A DNA stretch of 64,000 nt, from the NCBI GenBank assembly GCA_963710605.1, contig CAVQBA010000004.1, forward strand, positions 1-64,000, written 5' to 3'. A program made the translations under genes and the position numbers. Positions within the stretch are counted from its first letter, which is position 1. Each line of letters opens with the position of its first letter. The notes beneath the pieces were generated by a model. That model did no database searches and had not been told where the DNA came from. It was given only the letters and a program-made list of their open reading frames with translations. Positions 60,753-64,000 of this stretch are shown here, one piece after another. This stretch comes from an uncultured cyanobacterium (lineage in GTDB: Bacteria; Cyanobacteriota; Cyanobacteriia; Cyanobacteriales; Cyanobacteriaceae).

Positions 60753-62733
60753 ATGCCAAATTTAAAACAAATATTAATTAATTTAAAAAAAGAAGAAGGA
60801 GTTATTCCTAATCTATTTGACGATGTAACTCATGGTAATTTTTGGTTTGAAAAAAACCATAAAGCGACAGTCGAATCCATTCACGAATCAACTTTTAGCA
60901 CAATTGAATCTCAATTAAAACTATTCATCAAAAGTCAATTTAGACAAGCAAAAACAATTTTATTAACAGGAGATGCAGGAAGTGGAAAAAGTCATTTACT
61001 AGGAAGTTTAAAAAATAAATTAAACTCTGAAGCTTATTTTGTTTATATTCAACCCATTGAAGACTATCGTTATTTTTGGCGACATATTTTGCAATATACT
61101 GTCACCAGTTTAATGCAAATACCCGAAGGAGAAACAGAATCTCAATTACAGCTATGGCTAAAAAGTTTGCCTGTATTTAATTCTCCCGATTGGGTAGATA
61201 AATTATTAGGACAAAAAAAAGCCTTTGTTCGTCTATTAAAAAATACTTATCCTGCTGGTATTGTTGAAGCAAGAAAATTTTTCAGTATTTTATACGAGTT
61301 AACCACAGAGAATTATGATTTAGCTTGTGACTGGTTAGCAGGTGAAGATTTAGACGAAGAAGATTTACAAATTTTAGGAGTTAGAAAACCTATTGATAAT
61401 GAAAAACTAGCACGAGGAATTTTCAGTAATTTTGGTAGAATTACGGATACAACTAAACCCATTATCATCTGTTTCGATCAAATTGAAAGAGCTTGTAATA
61501 ACGTTTTTAATATCAATACAACTTTTCATAATGAGCGTTTAGTTAATTTTTTAATCTTAATTAGTATTACTAGAGAGAATTGGCAAACCTACAAAAAAAC
61601 GATGCTTCAATCAGATATAGCTCGTATTAATGAGACAATTTTTCTCGATGATATAACTGTTGAAGAAGCAAAACAATTATGGATTAATCATCTTCAACCT
61701 TTGCATCTTCAATCTAATCCTCAACCAAACTCTAGTATTTATCCTTTGAAGGAAGAAATATTAGCAAAAAATGCTTTAGGAGAAAGAATTAATCTTCGAG
61801 TTGCTTTAAATTTAGCAGGTAAAAACTTTCAAGAATTTATCAACACATTACCAGAGTATGAGGATGAAGATGATAAAATTCCACCACCACGTCCGTATTT
61901 TTTGCAAAAATGGGAGCAAGTATTTAAAGAAAGTGAAGAACGAGAAAAAAGTATAGTCTTAAAAACTTTCAAGAAGTACAGTGACGAAGAGTTTCTCGAA
62001 ATGTTTAGATATATTTTTCAGTGTCTAGGTATCGAAAATATTAATCCTAAGTTTTTAAATGGGATAAATGCCACTAAAGGATTTACTTTTACTTGTCCAA
62101 AAACCGGTACTAAAAAGGGTTTTACAGTTAATAATACTTGTAATACAAATTCTTTTACAGCATTTATGAAAGAATGCAAAACAGTATGGGAACAAAATGA
62201 ATGTCAACAGTTAATTTTAATTAGAAATTTTGATGGTCCAAAAGAAAGGACACAAATAGGTGCGCAAATATATCAAGAGTTTATTTAAACCAATGTCTGA
62301 AACCTGTATTCGCCAGAAATTAAAAATAGAAGATTTATATTATCTTTTTACTTATCAAAAAATGTATAAAGATGCTGTGTCGGGTGATTTATTCATCAAT
62401 TTTAAACAAATTTCAATCAAAGAATTATTATCAGATATGAGCAGATATAACATATTAAACAATGCTCAAGTTTTACGAAATCTAGGTTTAGTAAAGTCAG
62501 TTCCCGAAAAAAGTGTAATTGAAAATAATATCAATGCTATTTTAGTCGATTGAGACGAAATTAGTTTTTCGGAATTCTACAACAAAGTGAAACAAGATAT
62601 AAATTTTTATAACTACTTTATTCCTCCTTATTTTTTACGTGACTTGATTTGTCATCTTCATAAAAATAAATCTGTACTAAAAATTATTAATCCTAAAGAT
62701 TTATTTACAGAATGGAGAATTTCTTCTTTATGA
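60753..62733 (+). CDS. P-loop ATPase, RcaG-like; extra T at about 62281 and in-frame TGA at 62551 (about 659 aa if corrected)
   Basis: LLTGDAGSGKSHLL Walker A, IIICFDQIE Walker B; ORF 62260-62553 and the frame to 62733 continue the protein. Confidence 0.75.
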
Positions 62734-63250
62734 TGATTATCTAAGATAACATCTAAATTAATATTGCTGTCAATAGTATCAACATAATTTGCCTCAAATC
62801 CTTGTAATACTTTTAGTGCATAACTAACTTCATCTATTTTTAGTGATATTTCATTAATTGATTCTGGAAGACTTCTAGATTTAACTTCTAAAATATTAAA
62901 TTTCCAAGATGCTTCTTGGAATAAATCATATCTTTCTTTTGCCGCCGATAATTTTACTCGTTTCTACCAAAGTAATAACTCAGACTCATTATTCTTTAAA
63001 TCACACTCTAAGTTATCTTTTTGTTTTTTTAATTTAATAAGTGGTCTTTTTAAATAACTCATCGATCGTGTATTTTAGTTTTTTTATATTTATAATTATC
63101 ATATTATTATTTTTAGTAAATAATTTTTTGTGTACTATTACTAAAAAAGATATAATTAAGTGATTATTTATTCTGTGTTTTTATCACTATTTAGCTTTAA
63201 TTTTTTGATATTTTTCCGTGTTACGATCGTATTTCTTCTTAATATATTTT

Positions 63251-63640
63251 CTATCTCCGAGTTTTCACATCAGGATAATCTAATATTTTACGATCGAGTG
63301 TAAATAAAGAACAATCATAAACTTTTGCTGTTGCGACAATAATTTGGTCGGCAGGGTCTTTATGAAAGTTAACTAATTTGGTAGATTGAATAATAATAGG
63401 GATAGTCAAATCAATTAACACTATATCTGGATAAGCTAATGCTTGAGTTAACCAATCTTCAACTGGTATGTTTAATCCTAGTCTTTGTTTTTCAACTAAT
63501 TTAGCTATTTCCCAACAAGAAATTACACTAATTCCTAATCCGTCGGTACGATAATTTTCAATTAAATCAAATTGAAATTCTGTCAATCGAGGATTTTTTT
63601 CTACCCACCAAATAAAAATATGTGTATCTAATATAATCAT
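63251..63640 (-). CDS. vapC: PIN-domain toxin (VapC family)
   Basis: IILDTHIFIWW, ISCWEIAKL, HKDPADQIIVAT. Confidence 0.92.
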   Translation of the reverse strand: MIILDTHIFIWWVEKNPRLTEFQFDLIENYRTDGLGISVISCWEIAKLVEKQRLGLNIPVEDWLTQALAYPDIVLIDLTIPIIIQSTKLVNFHKDPADQIIVATAKVYDCSLFTLDRKILDYPDVKTRR

Positions 63641-63855
63641 GTTAAAACATCCCAATCATCCTCTGAAGTCGCAGATTCAAAAGGATTATGATAATAAATA
63701 ACCGAACCTTCTAAAGGATATTTACTCGATCGATTTATATTTTTTTCTTGAGTTATTTGTTTACTTTTAAAATCAGTAATTTGTTTTAATATATTGGTCA
63801 ACAAATATTCTGGTAGAGAATCAATTTCTGCAATTATTTTCTCTTTATTATTCAT
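63637..63855 (-). CDS. Cognate antitoxin (DUF2281-like)
   Basis: IIAEIDSLPE..YPLEGSVIYYHNPFE..DW; ATGA overlap with the toxin. Confidence 0.78.
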   Translation of the reverse strand: MNNKEKIIAEIDSLPEYLLTNILKQITDFKSKQITQEKNINRSSKYPLEGSVIYYHNPFESATSEDDWDVLT

Positions 63856-63867
63856 TTGTTTTATATT

Positions 63868-64000
63868 TATAGCGTTTGTTATTTTGATAAAACATAGTTT
63901 TTATTTGCAAGTCCCCCTTCAAATAAAAGCGAAGCATCCTTTATTGTCCCCCAGAATTGGGGATTTAGGGGGCAGGGATTTAGGGGGATTGAGATGTGCT
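63868..64000 (+). mobile_element. MITE family B variant, truncated by the window end
   Basis: TATAGCGTTT..TTTGCAAGTCCCC..AAAAGCGAAGCATC..GGGATTTAGGGGGATTGAG. Confidence 0.75.

Overview
AT-rich cyanobacterial chromosome segment with abundant CGATCG/HIP1-type sites and heptamer tandem repeats; the overall style suggests a Cyanobacterium/Geminocystis-like organism (inference). Bases 1-47,100 are mostly core genome: apcABC, queA, hpnA, psb32, ribBA, murD, ictB, cax, petCA, ilvE, comEC, nblS. This part also holds a small Crp/Fnr-second Rieske-DUF442-LtrA module, an MFS-HEAT-cNMP protein, and an Amt-HAMP fusion. From about 47,100 to the end is an accessory island. It contains decaying toxin-antitoxin pairs, IS and RHS remnants, an RcaD/RcaG-like DNA-binding protein plus ATPase pair, and a tightly packed 7-gene operon. 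That operon encodes a giant pentapeptide-repeat protein, an ATP-grasp ligase, an alkaline-phosphatase/sulfatase-fold hydrolase, two radical SAM enzymes (an STM4014-STM4011-like module with no function known to me), an LRV/TPR protein and a hypothetical protein. It is the best candidate for an undescribed system. Several miniature mobile elements are visible, and two have their empty site in a paralogous copy inside the window: a 156-bp TA-duplicating MITE and a 25-nt insert in a HIP1 site. About ten single-base lesions, one in essential petA, suggest an error-prone assembly, so frameshifts should not be read as true pseudogenes without checking reads.
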